Positions 1 to 8,491 of a DNA stretch of 64,000 nucleotides are shown piece after piece (the first letter of the stretch is position 1; each line of letters begins with the position of its first letter). The translations under genes and the position numbers were made by a program. The stretch covers positions 1 to 64,000 of the forward strand of contig CAXGAI010000007.1 in NCBI GenBank assembly GCA_964007735.1. The letters run 5' to 3'. The DNA comes from an uncultured Rhodopirellula sp. Lineage in GTDB: Bacteria; Planctomycetota; Planctomycetia; Pirellulales; Pirellulaceae. The notes below the pieces were generated by a model. That model searched no databases. It had not been told where the DNA came from and saw only the letters and a program-made list of their open reading frames with translations.

Positions 1-187
1 CTCACGATCTCCACACCCGGATACTATCAAAACGCCATAACAGATGGCTAGTAACTTTGAGAATCTGTTCATAATGGCTTTCATTTTTTAAGGTAGTCTC
101 TACCTATCATAGATGCATAACTCGGCGATTCAGGGCGCGGATAAAGGATGTCTTATGATTTGGACATTCAGGAAGATTACAGAATCC

Positions 188-206
188 GTGACACAAATGT
201 GACACA
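188..206. repeat. 8-bp direct repeat GTGACACA x2 at 11-bp period
   Basis: gtgacaca at 188-195 and 199-206, about 110 bp beyond the tRNA 3' end. Confidence 0.7.
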
Positions 207-316
207 GCAGCGCGGTGCAGGGCAGGGCACAGCGAATTTAGTAGATAAAGTCATTGCTCAAAAGCAGCGTATTCAGCCCGATGCCACGCTGTGCATCGAA
301 TACAAAAAGAGAAAAG

Positions 317-389
317 TACCCCCTAAAGGATTCGAACCTCTGTTTCCGTTCGGAGAGAACGGCGTCCTGGGCCACTAGACGAAGGGGGC
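317..389 (-). tRNA. tRNA-Glu (anticodon CTC); CCA end not encoded
   Basis: Reverse complement folds as a cloverleaf: acceptor GCCCCCT/AGGGGGT + A73, D-arm GTCTAGTGGCCCAGGAC, anticodon arm CCGTT-CTCTCCG-AACGG, short variable loop AAAC, T-arm AGAGG-TTCGAAT-CCTTT. Confidence 0.9.
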
Positions 390-604
390 ATCACTGCACC
401 CGTTAGGTAACAATCCGTGGTTCGTTGATTTCAGGACGCAAATTTCCGAAAATCCAGTCATACCGGAGGGATAGCAGAACATATACGGGCGAGTTATTTC
501 TATACTTATATTGATAGTGGTTACTGTCAAGATACCAGTTGTTGAGCTTCCTTTGTACTCTTGCTCGCAGCGACAGCCTCTCTCATGTCACGGAAGATAA
601 ATCG

Positions 605-1711
605 ATGCCTGCACTCCATGTGTTTGACTTGTTGCGTTCGCCGGAGAAAGCTCCGACTAGCGGAATCTGCGTACTTGTCGGCTCAGATTACTTCCTTCAT
701 CGTCAGGCAATCGACACGATCCTCGCCAAAGCTTCTCCGGAGGGTACGGATAATGTCAGATATTTTGACGATCTGCCGGAATGGGCGGAAGTGATCGATG
801 AAGTTAGCACGGCGTCTCTGTTTGGCGGTGACGGTATCCAAGTTGCAATTGTTCCCAACGTGGATAAACGAACACTTAATCGGGAAGCTTTCCTCAAGAC
901 GAACAAGGATCGACTACTCAAATATGCGAAAGCGGATTATCACCCGGGCCTGATGATTCTTGAAGCAAGTTCTTTTCCAGGCAACACGTCCCTTTATAAG
1001 AAGCTTAGTCCCGACGATCGTGTGATCGACTGCCGCATACCGGAACCATCGACTTGGAAAAAGCCGGAGAAGGCGATACGCACTCAGGCCGTGAAATGGG
1101 TAAGTACCTGGGCGAAGAAGGCTCACAATCTAACACTTGGTTCAGATGCCGCCGAGTTAATGCTCGAGCTTTCCCATAGCAACGCCGGGGTCGTGGAGAT
1201 GAATTTACTCAAACTTGTACTTCTTCTTGAAGAAGGAGCGACGGTATCAGTCCAGGAGGTACAGGAACTTGTAAGTGGTTGGCATCAAAAGAATACTTTC
1301 GAGATGGTTGATACCGCGGTCACCGGTAACTCAGGAGCTGCCTTGGAATTACTTGATAACCTGTTGAGAGAGGGGCAGGATCTTAGGCAGATCTTTGGTG
1401 GTATGTCCTACTCCTATCGTAAATTTGTTCGTATGACTCGTGGAATGCAACGGCATCTACGACAGGGATTAACGGGACAGCAGGCAGTGCAGCAATGCAT
1501 CGCAGATGAACTTGGTGGAGCAGCCAAGTTTCGTGGAAAATTTACGAAGGGACAATTGTCGTCATTAGGGAGTGCCAGAATCACTCACTTCATGCGTTGG
1601 CTTCTCGAGGCGGACTTGGATTTGAAGAACAAGTTTTCACGTTCTTCCTTGCCGTTAGAGAAGCTCATTATTTATTTAGACCGTGACTTCCAACCCCCCA
1701 GAGCTTCATAG
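605..1711 (+). CDS. holA: DNA polymerase III delta subunit (HolA-like)
   Basis: N-terminal LVGSD-FL, T-SLFGG, AAELMLEL, ELVSG..NTFEMVD and LLEADLDLK motifs typical of HolA; ATG at 605 preferred over TTG at 539. Confidence 0.8.
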   Translation: MPALHVFDLLRSPEKAPTSGICVLVGSDYFLHRQAIDTILAKASPEGTDNVRYFDDLPEWAEVIDEVSTASLFGGDGIQVAIVPNVDKRTLNREAFLKTNKDRLLKYAKADYHPGLMILEASSFPGNTSLYKKLSPDDRVIDCRIPEPSTWKKPEKAIRTQAVKWVSTWAKKAHNLTLGSDAAELMLELSHSNAGVVEMNLLKLVLLLEEGATVSVQEVQELVSGWHQKNTFEMVDTAVTGNSGAALELLDNLLREGQDLRQIFGGMSYSYRKFVRMTRGMQRHLRQGLTGQQAVQQCIADELGGAAKFRGKFTKGQLSSLGSARITHFMRWLLEADLDLKNKFSRSSLPLEKLIIYLDRDFQPPRAS

Positions 1712-1720
1712 TGCTTTAAT

Positions 1721-2857
1721 ATGAGCAAGCGACATTTTGATTATCTGGTTTTGGGGTTAGGTGGAGCAGGGAGTGCTACACTTTACCACCTTGCACGACG
1801 TGGTCTTCACGTTGCAGGTTTGGATCGCTTTCCTATTGCTCATGACCGTGGTAGTTCGCACGGGCACACGCGGCTTATCAGGCAATCTTATTTCGAACAT
1901 CCGTCCTACGTTCCTTTAGTACAGCGAGCCTTTGAGCTTTGGGAACAGGTAAGTGAGGATCACGGTCGCGACGTTTACTATGAAACCGGAATTGTCGAAG
2001 CAGGGCCTGAAGAGGGCGAACTTGTACCGGGGGTGCTTGCCAGTGCCGCTGAACACGGTTTAGAAGTGGAGCATTTGACAAGGGAACAGGCCGCTCAACG
2101 ATGGCCTCAGTTCTCTTTTGCGCCGGAGCATTCCGTGGTCTATGAACAGCGTGCAGGTTTTCTACTGGTAGAACAATGTGTCTCTGCTCATGTAGAGCTC
2201 GCACAGTGGGCCGGTGCTGAGACTTTTTGTGACCAAACAATTATGTCAATCGACTCAGACGCTGAAGCTGTCCGCGTTAAGACGGCGCAGGGTGTGTTTA
2301 CTGCAGACCGTGTGGTCGTCACGCTGGGTACCTGGGCTCGCGAGCTGTTGCCTGAGTTAAGTCAACAATTAACCGTTTTACGAAAACCATTACATTGGTT
2401 CGCTGCGGACGAAAGTCAGTACTCTCGTAAGAGCGGTTGCCCTAGTTTTTTGTTTGAGACCGAGGCGGGGCATTACTATGGATTTCCAGCTAGTGACTGG
2501 CGGGGGCTTAAAGTGGCCAGGCATACTGGTGGCGAGCAGGTTCAAGATCCGTTAACGGTGGATCGTACTCTGGATCCTGAAGAACGGGATGATGTACACC
2601 GATTCCTTAAAAAGCATCTGCCGGGCGTCACGGATACCCCGACAGACCATACTGTCTGTATGTACACAATGAGTCCGGATGGTCATTTTATTATTGATCA
2701 GTGTGAAGATGATCCGAGGATTGTTTACGCTGCGGGACTGTCCGGACACGGCTTTAAGTTTACTTCCGCCTTAGGTGAGGTTCTGGCTGATATGGCAACA
2801 GATACCAAGTCTCGTTTCGATCTATCCCTCTTTAAACGGTCTCGATTGAAGAACTAA
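1721..2857 (+). CDS. solA: N-methyl-L-tryptophan oxidase / monomeric sarcosine oxidase family flavoprotein
   Basis: GLGGAG Rossmann motif, GSSHGHTRLIRQSYFEHPSYVPL, CMYTMSPDGHFIID, GLSGHGFKF. Confidence 0.9.
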   Translation: MSKRHFDYLVLGLGGAGSATLYHLARRGLHVAGLDRFPIAHDRGSSHGHTRLIRQSYFEHPSYVPLVQRAFELWEQVSEDHGRDVYYETGIVEAGPEEGELVPGVLASAAEHGLEVEHLTREQAAQRWPQFSFAPEHSVVYEQRAGFLLVEQCVSAHVELAQWAGAETFCDQTIMSIDSDAEAVRVKTAQGVFTADRVVVTLGTWARELLPELSQQLTVLRKPLHWFAADESQYSRKSGCPSFLFETEAGHYYGFPASDWRGLKVARHTGGEQVQDPLTVDRTLDPEERDDVHRFLKKHLPGVTDTPTDHTVCMYTMSPDGHFIIDQCEDDPRIVYAAGLSGHGFKFTSALGEVLADMATDTKSRFDLSLFKRSRLKN

Positions 2858-2867
2858 TCAACGCACG

Positions 2868-4295
2868 CTACTCTGTAGCGATGATTTCTGTCGAGATATT
2901 GCCGGCTTTGTCAAAAGCTTCGAGCTTAATTCGCAGTTGCGTTTGACTACTTGGATCAAGGTTCCAGCGATAGATACCTGTGTTGGGGACGGCCAATGAG
3001 ATCTCATGCCACGCGGTATCGGTAGCTGTTTGGTAGTGTAGACGTATTGGACGGGTACCAAAGTTCTCATCTTTAGCTTCCCAGCGAATAAGGATTTCCG
3101 GGATACCGGCTTCATTCGAGTGCGAGATAGTCCCTGGTTTTAACACTGGTTGTATGGTGTCCACCTGCAACCACAGATCGGCATTGGAACCAGGTAATGG
3201 CTGAGTGTTTGCACTACCTTTGGCTGTCATAACGACGGTTTTGAAGCCATAGATCCCATCGCGTTGCAGTTCAACCTCAAGAGGACTTTGTTTGTCCGTG
3301 TCGACGCCCCATTGTGCCCAGGTTTGTCCACCGTCTTCGGTCGCCCATAACTGTACCTCAGTCACGCTACCGGCCGTATTATTGAGGCTGTAGTTGAGTT
3401 TGAATTTGGATTGGTTGGCCTGATGGATTTTGACATCGGTAGGAGGAGCAAAGGTCGGAGTCCCTCCGGAGACTACTTTAGATTCATCGATTGATTGTGA
3501 GGTGACAGAATGGATGTTTTCAGATGTTTGCAGATCCGGGCCAGTATCTGCGGGCCAACGAATGGCTCCTTCGTGTGGTACAGGACCGGTATAGGGATTT
3601 TGAACCAGACTGTATTGATCGATTCGCTGAAGATTCAGCGGTGGTAGGAAGATTTGTTTTTGAGCGACCGTTTTGTTTTTTGCACCATCCGTTGCTGTCA
3701 CCCGCAAGGTGACAACACGAGTATCGATGTTTGGCCGCCAGCGTCCAGTGAGTTGAAGTATTCCGGGACGGAGGAATGTTGGAGCGGATTCCAGCTTGAA
3801 TGGTTGCCACGCCGATTCAGGTGTTGGTTGAAATTCAGCTCGTACGTTTTGCGGAGCGATCGTTGGATCCAGAATCTGTCCGTGAAGGATTACTTCTGAT
3901 TCAGCACTGATTTCAGCCCTCAGATTGATTTTCGGCTGTATTGTGTCCACATAGATTCTTATTTCCGGCTGGAGTTTCAATGGGACGACGTGTTTTTGTA
4001 AATTGGTCCGGGTGCAAAACCAGAATTCTCCATCACGATGAGCTTTGAAAGAGAAGTGCTTTTGGTCAGGCGACTGCTGCGCGTGTTGCTTCCATGTTTT
4101 CCCATGGTTCATAGAAACAAGCAGTGTGACGTTCGTGGTTGCTCCTATATTACTCACGCGATATGGGAATGTGATATTGCGACTGTGTGTGGTATAGAGC
4201 TTGGCCTGAGATTGTTTTTGCTGCGCATCAATGCTACTGGTAACGAAAAGGCTCGCTAACAAGAGAAGTACAAGATGTCGCAGTCTTTCATGCAC
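2868..4295 (-). CDS. Secreted hypothetical protein with two repeated beta-sandwich (Ig-like) modules
   Basis: Signal peptide (..VTSSIDA-QQ); internal repeat ending VDTIQP twice; Asp-box-like SMNHGKTW / TEDGGQTW. Confidence 0.75.
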   Translation of the reverse strand: MHERLRHLVLLLLASLFVTSSIDAQQKQSQAKLYTTHSRNITFPYRVSNIGATTNVTLLVSMNHGKTWKQHAQQSPDQKHFSFKAHRDGEFWFCTRTNLQKHVVPLKLQPEIRIYVDTIQPKINLRAEISAESEVILHGQILDPTIAPQNVRAEFQPTPESAWQPFKLESAPTFLRPGILQLTGRWRPNIDTRVVTLRVTATDGAKNKTVAQKQIFLPPLNLQRIDQYSLVQNPYTGPVPHEGAIRWPADTGPDLQTSENIHSVTSQSIDESKVVSGGTPTFAPPTDVKIHQANQSKFKLNYSLNNTAGSVTEVQLWATEDGGQTWAQWGVDTDKQSPLEVELQRDGIYGFKTVVMTAKGSANTQPLPGSNADLWLQVDTIQPVLKPGTISHSNEAGIPEILIRWEAKDENFGTRPIRLHYQTATDTAWHEISLAVPNTGIYRWNLDPSSQTQLRIKLEAFDKAGNISTEIIATE

Positions 4296-4527
4296 GTCGG
4301 AATCTCTGTGGTTTCTAAAAGATACTTAGTATTACGAAAGGTGGAATCCGATCCGTCGGAGCTTCGTGGTAGGAGGGTAAATCCTCACTATATTTATCGG
4401 TTTTCAAGCGGTTCTGACTGCAAATAATTGTTCCACAGGCTACCGGTAGTTCTGTTGAGGCTGATATATTGGAGTCTTGCAACTCGAAATACTCTCTCAA
4501 GTAGATTTTTATAAAGAAGGCCACCTA

Positions 4528-5175
4528 ATGAGTGCTCATGAAAACTTGTCTCGCATGATGGAAAGTGGAATTGTTGCTGTAATTCGAGCGGAGTCCGGTG
4601 AATTGCTGGCAGACGTTGCGGAGGCTTTGGTAGCTGGTGGTGTTGATGTGATGGAAGTCACTTTCACGGTTCCCAACGCGGTGGAAGTTATTCAGGAAGT
4701 GAAACGCCGCATTGGTGATAAGATCTTACTGGGAGCGGGAACTGTCCTGGATACGGAAACCTGTCGAGCAGCTATTTTGGCTGGTGCCGAATTCATTGTT
4801 TCGCCCTCAACAGATGTTGAGGTGATCAAACTTTGTCGTCGTTATGATAAAGTCGTTACTCCGGGGATCTTTACACCCACTGAAGCCGTGACAGCCTGGC
4901 AGGCGGGTGCTGATATTTTGAAAGTATTTCCCGCAGATATTGGTGGTCCGGCTCATATCAAAGGATTGCGTGGGCCTCTACCACAATGTCGTTTTATGCC
5001 AACCGGTGGAGTCAACTTAGACACCGCGGCCGATTTTCTACGGGCTGGTTCTGTAGCATTGGGAGTCGGAGGGGCATTAGTAGAGAAGAGTGCTGTTGAA
5101 GCCGGAGACTTTGGACGAATCGAAGCTTTGGCTCGACAATATAAACAGATTGTGGCTGATACTCGCAATGAGTAA
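4528..5175 (+). CDS. eda: KDPG/KHG aldolase
   Basis: VAVIRA, EVTFT, GAGTVLD, TPTEA, KVFPA, MPTGGV; AGAAGG RBS before ATG 4528. Confidence 0.92.
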   Translation: MSAHENLSRMMESGIVAVIRAESGELLADVAEALVAGGVDVMEVTFTVPNAVEVIQEVKRRIGDKILLGAGTVLDTETCRAAILAGAEFIVSPSTDVEVIKLCRRYDKVVTPGIFTPTEAVTAWQAGADILKVFPADIGGPAHIKGLRGPLPQCRFMPTGGVNLDTAADFLRAGSVALGVGGALVEKSAVEAGDFGRIEALARQYKQIVADTRNE

Positions 5176-5227
5176 TCGCCGTTGGCTTGTGAAACCCCTT
5201 TCCTTCTTCACTCTCTAGCGATTCAAT

Positions 5228-5512
5228 ATGTCGGACATACTAACAACTCCAGGAACGCGAATTGTACTGAGTATAGCGATTCTAGTAGTCCTGATACTGA
5301 TTGCACGGTACGTTCTGACAAACTTTCGGGGTCGCATCGACGAAGACATACCAGAGGCCAAGGATCACCTAGACAATTTCCAGGAAATTCATAGCAAGGG
5401 TGACATTTCGGCGTCCGAATTCCGAAGTATTAAGACTGTGCTAGGAGAGCAAGTGCATCAGGAAACGGCGGACTTCGTCGATTCCAAGGAAGATGCAGAT
5501 TTGGACGAATAG
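5228..5512 (+). CDS. Small single-TM membrane protein with SHOCT-like C-terminal helix
   Basis: N-terminal hydrophobic helix; KGDISASEFRSIK resembles SHOCT; lies in-strand between eda and clpX. Confidence 0.65.
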   Translation: MSDILTTPGTRIVLSIAILVVLILIARYVLTNFRGRIDEDIPEAKDHLDNFQEIHSKGDISASEFRSIKTVLGEQVHQETADFVDSKEDADLDE

Positions 5513-5824
5513 TCCGGTTGTATTAGTAACAACACGCTCCTTCTGGCTCAACTTATCAAATCCTGATCTGGGAGATCAGGGATGCAATCAGGAAAAAGAC
5601 GCGCTAGTTGATCGTCATGGATGAGCACCAACTAATTGTTTTTAGCCTCAAGCATTGCCTGTGAGATTTCATCTTGGAAATCAGATACATTGGCGGCTTA
5701 TGGCCAAATACGAGCGAACCTCAGGGAATACCCCCTTCTACCACAGCCATAACTCAAAACAGACATAAATTATAAGTGTCCTGGAATAAAGAGCTGTTGG
5801 TTTTGGAGTCCCAAAGGAGAAGCC

Positions 5825-7108
5825 ATGCCAATCGGAAAAGACGACGGAAACAAAAAGGGCGGAAGCCAATCAAAGAAGAACGCATTCTGTTCTTTCTGCC
5901 GCAAAAGCTATCGTGACGTAGGACCTCTTGTTGAAGGCCCTGGCGATGTTTATATCTGCGGTGAATGTATCGAATTATGCTCCACGATTATCGATTCAGA
6001 AAAGAAACGTAAAGATGGCGATGGCAATCTGTTCAAAGACATTCCTACCCCGCGTGATATCGTGGCGCGGATGGATGAATATGTGATTGGTCAGTCTAAC
6101 GCTAAGAAAGTACTGGCAGTCGCAGTTCATAATCATTACAAACGTCTCAACCATCGCTGGTCAGACAGTGAGGTTGAAATTGAGAAATCCAATATTCTGA
6201 TGGTTGGCCCAACCGGCTCTGGGAAAACACTACTGGCTAGAACTCTAGCCCGTGTACTGAATGTACCCTTTGCGATTGGCGACGCGACTACGTTAACAGA
6301 ATCCGGTTATGTTGGTGAGGACGTTGAAAATCTATTGTTGAAATTGCTTCACTCGGCAGATTTTGACGTGGAAGCTGCACAACGCGGGATTGTCTATATC
6401 GACGAGTTGGATAAGATCGGCAAAACTTCGCAAAACGTTTCCATTACCCGCGATGTATCCGGGGAAGGTGTCCAGCAGGCATTATTGAAAATGCTGGAAG
6501 GTACGGTTTGCAATGTTCCTCCCCAGGGTGGCCGTAAGCATCCGGAACAACAGTATATTCAGATCGATACGTCTAATATTCTGTTTATTTGCGGTGGAAC
6601 CTTCGTCGGTGTGGATGATATTGTTCGCAAACGATTAGGGAATCAAACGATGGGATTCGGCCAGCAGGTTGGATACAAAGAAGAGGCGGATATGGCTGCC
6701 TTGATGACTCAGGTGACTTCGGATGATGTGCTCGAATTCGGTTTGATTCCGGAACTTATCGGTCGCTTGCCGGTAGTCACTTCGCTGACACCTTTGGATG
6801 AGGAAGGGTTGGTTCGAGTACTGACTGAACCTAAGAATGCTTTGCTTCGTCAGTACGAAAGCCTCTTCGAAATGGAAGACTGCCAGCTGAAGTTCTCAAA
6901 GGATGCAGCCCGTGCGATTGCTCAGCGAGCGGTCGATAAAGGAACAGGTGCCCGTGGGTTACGTTCTATCACTGAAGAAGTCATGCTGGATATCATGTAT
7001 GAGCTTCCCGACCGAGCAGGTTCCGGAAGTTATACACTGGATCTCGAAGTGCTTCACGGCAAGAAAGATCTCTTTGGAAAGAAGAAGCCGGCTAAGAAGA
7101 GTGCATAA
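5825..7108 (+). CDS. clpX: ATP-dependent Clp protease ATP-binding subunit ClpX
   Basis: CSFC..CGEC zinc finger, [24 protein letters not shown] (IGF-loop equivalent), TGARGLR; AAGGAG RBS. Confidence 0.97.
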   Translation: MPIGKDDGNKKGGSQSKKNAFCSFCRKSYRDVGPLVEGPGDVYICGECIELCSTIIDSEKKRKDGDGNLFKDIPTPRDIVARMDEYVIGQSNAKKVLAVAVHNHYKRLNHRWSDSEVEIEKSNILMVGPTGSGKTLLARTLARVLNVPFAIGDATTLTESGYVGEDVENLLLKLLHSADFDVEAAQRGIVYIDELDKIGKTSQNVSITRDVSGEGVQQALLKMLEGTVCNVPPQGGRKHPEQQYIQIDTSNILFICGGTFVGVDDIVRKRLGNQTMGFGQQVGYKEEADMAALMTQVTSDDVLEFGLIPELIGRLPVVTSLTPLDEEGLVRVLTEPKNALLRQYESLFEMEDCQLKFSKDAARAIAQRAVDKGTGARGLRSITEEVMLDIMYELPDRAGSGSYTLDLEVLHGKKDLFGKKKPAKKSA

Positions 7109-7128
7109 TTTTATTCATTTATTCTTTT

Positions 7129-7167
7129 AAGCCCGTCATTTCCGGTAGGAATTGGCGGGCTTTTTTT
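7129..7167 (+). terminator. Intrinsic terminator after clpX
   Basis: aagcccgtca...tggcgggc stem followed by T7. Confidence 0.85.
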
Positions 7168-7214
7168 GGCGAAAGCCTTCTTCTCGTCTCTTTCGCGCCG
7201 AACTGGTTTAAGTA

Positions 7215-8312
7215 CTAAGCGATCTCTAGCAGGATTTCGATGCCACGATCGATGATCTCATCACTAGCCGCATAAGAAATACGAAAGTGTGTATCTGCTT
7301 CACTGAAAATATTACCAGGGATAATCAGGAGATTGTTTTCAATTGCCTTGGCTACAAATTCACTGCCAGTTCCCCACGGTGCTTTAGGGAAAACATAGAA
7401 CGCGCCGCCCGGCTTTACGATCTCATATTTGGCACTTAATGCTTCCACGATTCGGTCTCGCTTCTTACGATACCTATCGACATACGGAGTAATGTCGACG
7501 TCCATGGCTTCCATCCCCGCCCATTGCACGGGCTGAGGTGCACATACAAAGCTGTACTGCTGAACTTTCAGCATAGTGGAAATGATCTCTGACGGACCAT
7601 GAACCATTCCCAATCGCCAGCCAGTCATTGCGTGACTCTTCGAGAAACCGTCAATCACCAAAGTCTTCGGGTTCACAGCGGCAGGGCTACTGAAGTCTCC
7701 ATCGTAGTCAAACTTGCGGTAGATCTCGTCGGAAATCAATACGATGTTTTTTTCAAAACAAAGTTTTCCCAATGCGTGAACCTCTTCTTTTGAGGGGACA
7801 TACCCCGTGGGATTTGAAGGGCTGTTGAGGATGACCAGTTTTGTTTTGTCCGTAATGGCTGCTTCCACTTTGCTGATGTCGATTTTGAAGTCCGGATAGG
7901 TATCAATGAGTACGGGAATTCCATCGACAAGTTGCACAAGCGGTTCGTACATGACAAAGAATGGGTCGAACAGGATAACTTCATCACCGGGGTCCACCAG
8001 AGCCTGCATGGCAAGAACAAGGCCTCCACTTGTTCCACTACTTACAAAAACCTGACGATCATCATGCCCATATTCAGCGTCCACGGCCGCTTGCATTTTT
8101 TCACGTAATTGCGGCAGGCCCTGAGTCGGTGTGTAGCCATTAAAGCCATCCTGAATGGCCTGGATCCCTGCCTGCTTGATGGATTCCGGAACATCGAAAT
8201 CGGGTTGTCCGATCGATAAATTGACCGGGTCTTTCAGAGAGCGTGCCAGATCGAAGACTTTGCGGATTCCGCTGCTGTCGATACGTTGAGTACGTTTGGA
8301 AAGAGGGCTCAT
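7215..8312 (-). CDS. PLP-dependent aminotransferase class I/II
   Basis: NLSIGQPDF, NSPSNPTG, SDEIY, GFSKSHAMTGWRLG, GAFYVF, FRISYA. Confidence 0.92.
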   Translation of the reverse strand: MSPLSKRTQRIDSSGIRKVFDLARSLKDPVNLSIGQPDFDVPESIKQAGIQAIQDGFNGYTPTQGLPQLREKMQAAVDAEYGHDDRQVFVSSGTSGGLVLAMQALVDPGDEVILFDPFFVMYEPLVQLVDGIPVLIDTYPDFKIDISKVEAAITDKTKLVILNSPSNPTGYVPSKEEVHALGKLCFEKNIVLISDEIYRKFDYDGDFSSPAAVNPKTLVIDGFSKSHAMTGWRLGMVHGPSEIISTMLKVQQYSFVCAPQPVQWAGMEAMDVDITPYVDRYRKKRDRIVEALSAKYEIVKPGGAFYVFPKAPWGTGSEFVAKAIENNLLIIPGNIFSEADTHFRISYAASDEIIDRGIEILLEIA

Positions 8313-8491
8313 AAAGGCGGAGCTTTCTTCATGGGGGTGAATTCTTGAAAGCACTTCTTGTGCAAGGTTTTCATTTTAATCCGTGATATGGTTGGCGGAA
8401 ACGAGGTCAGTTTGCTATTCGGTGAATGTACGTCTTTAAAGCAGTATAATAAAGGCTTCATTCTTCTATGAGAAATCTATTGAGGTGCTCC

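Noticed and set aside
148..378. 76-aa ORF on + strand
   Set aside because: Its 3' part is the antisense of the tRNA; no recognisable protein features.
5825..7108. clpX without adjacent clpP/tig
   Set aside because: Unlinked clpX and clpP are common; the gene itself is canonical.
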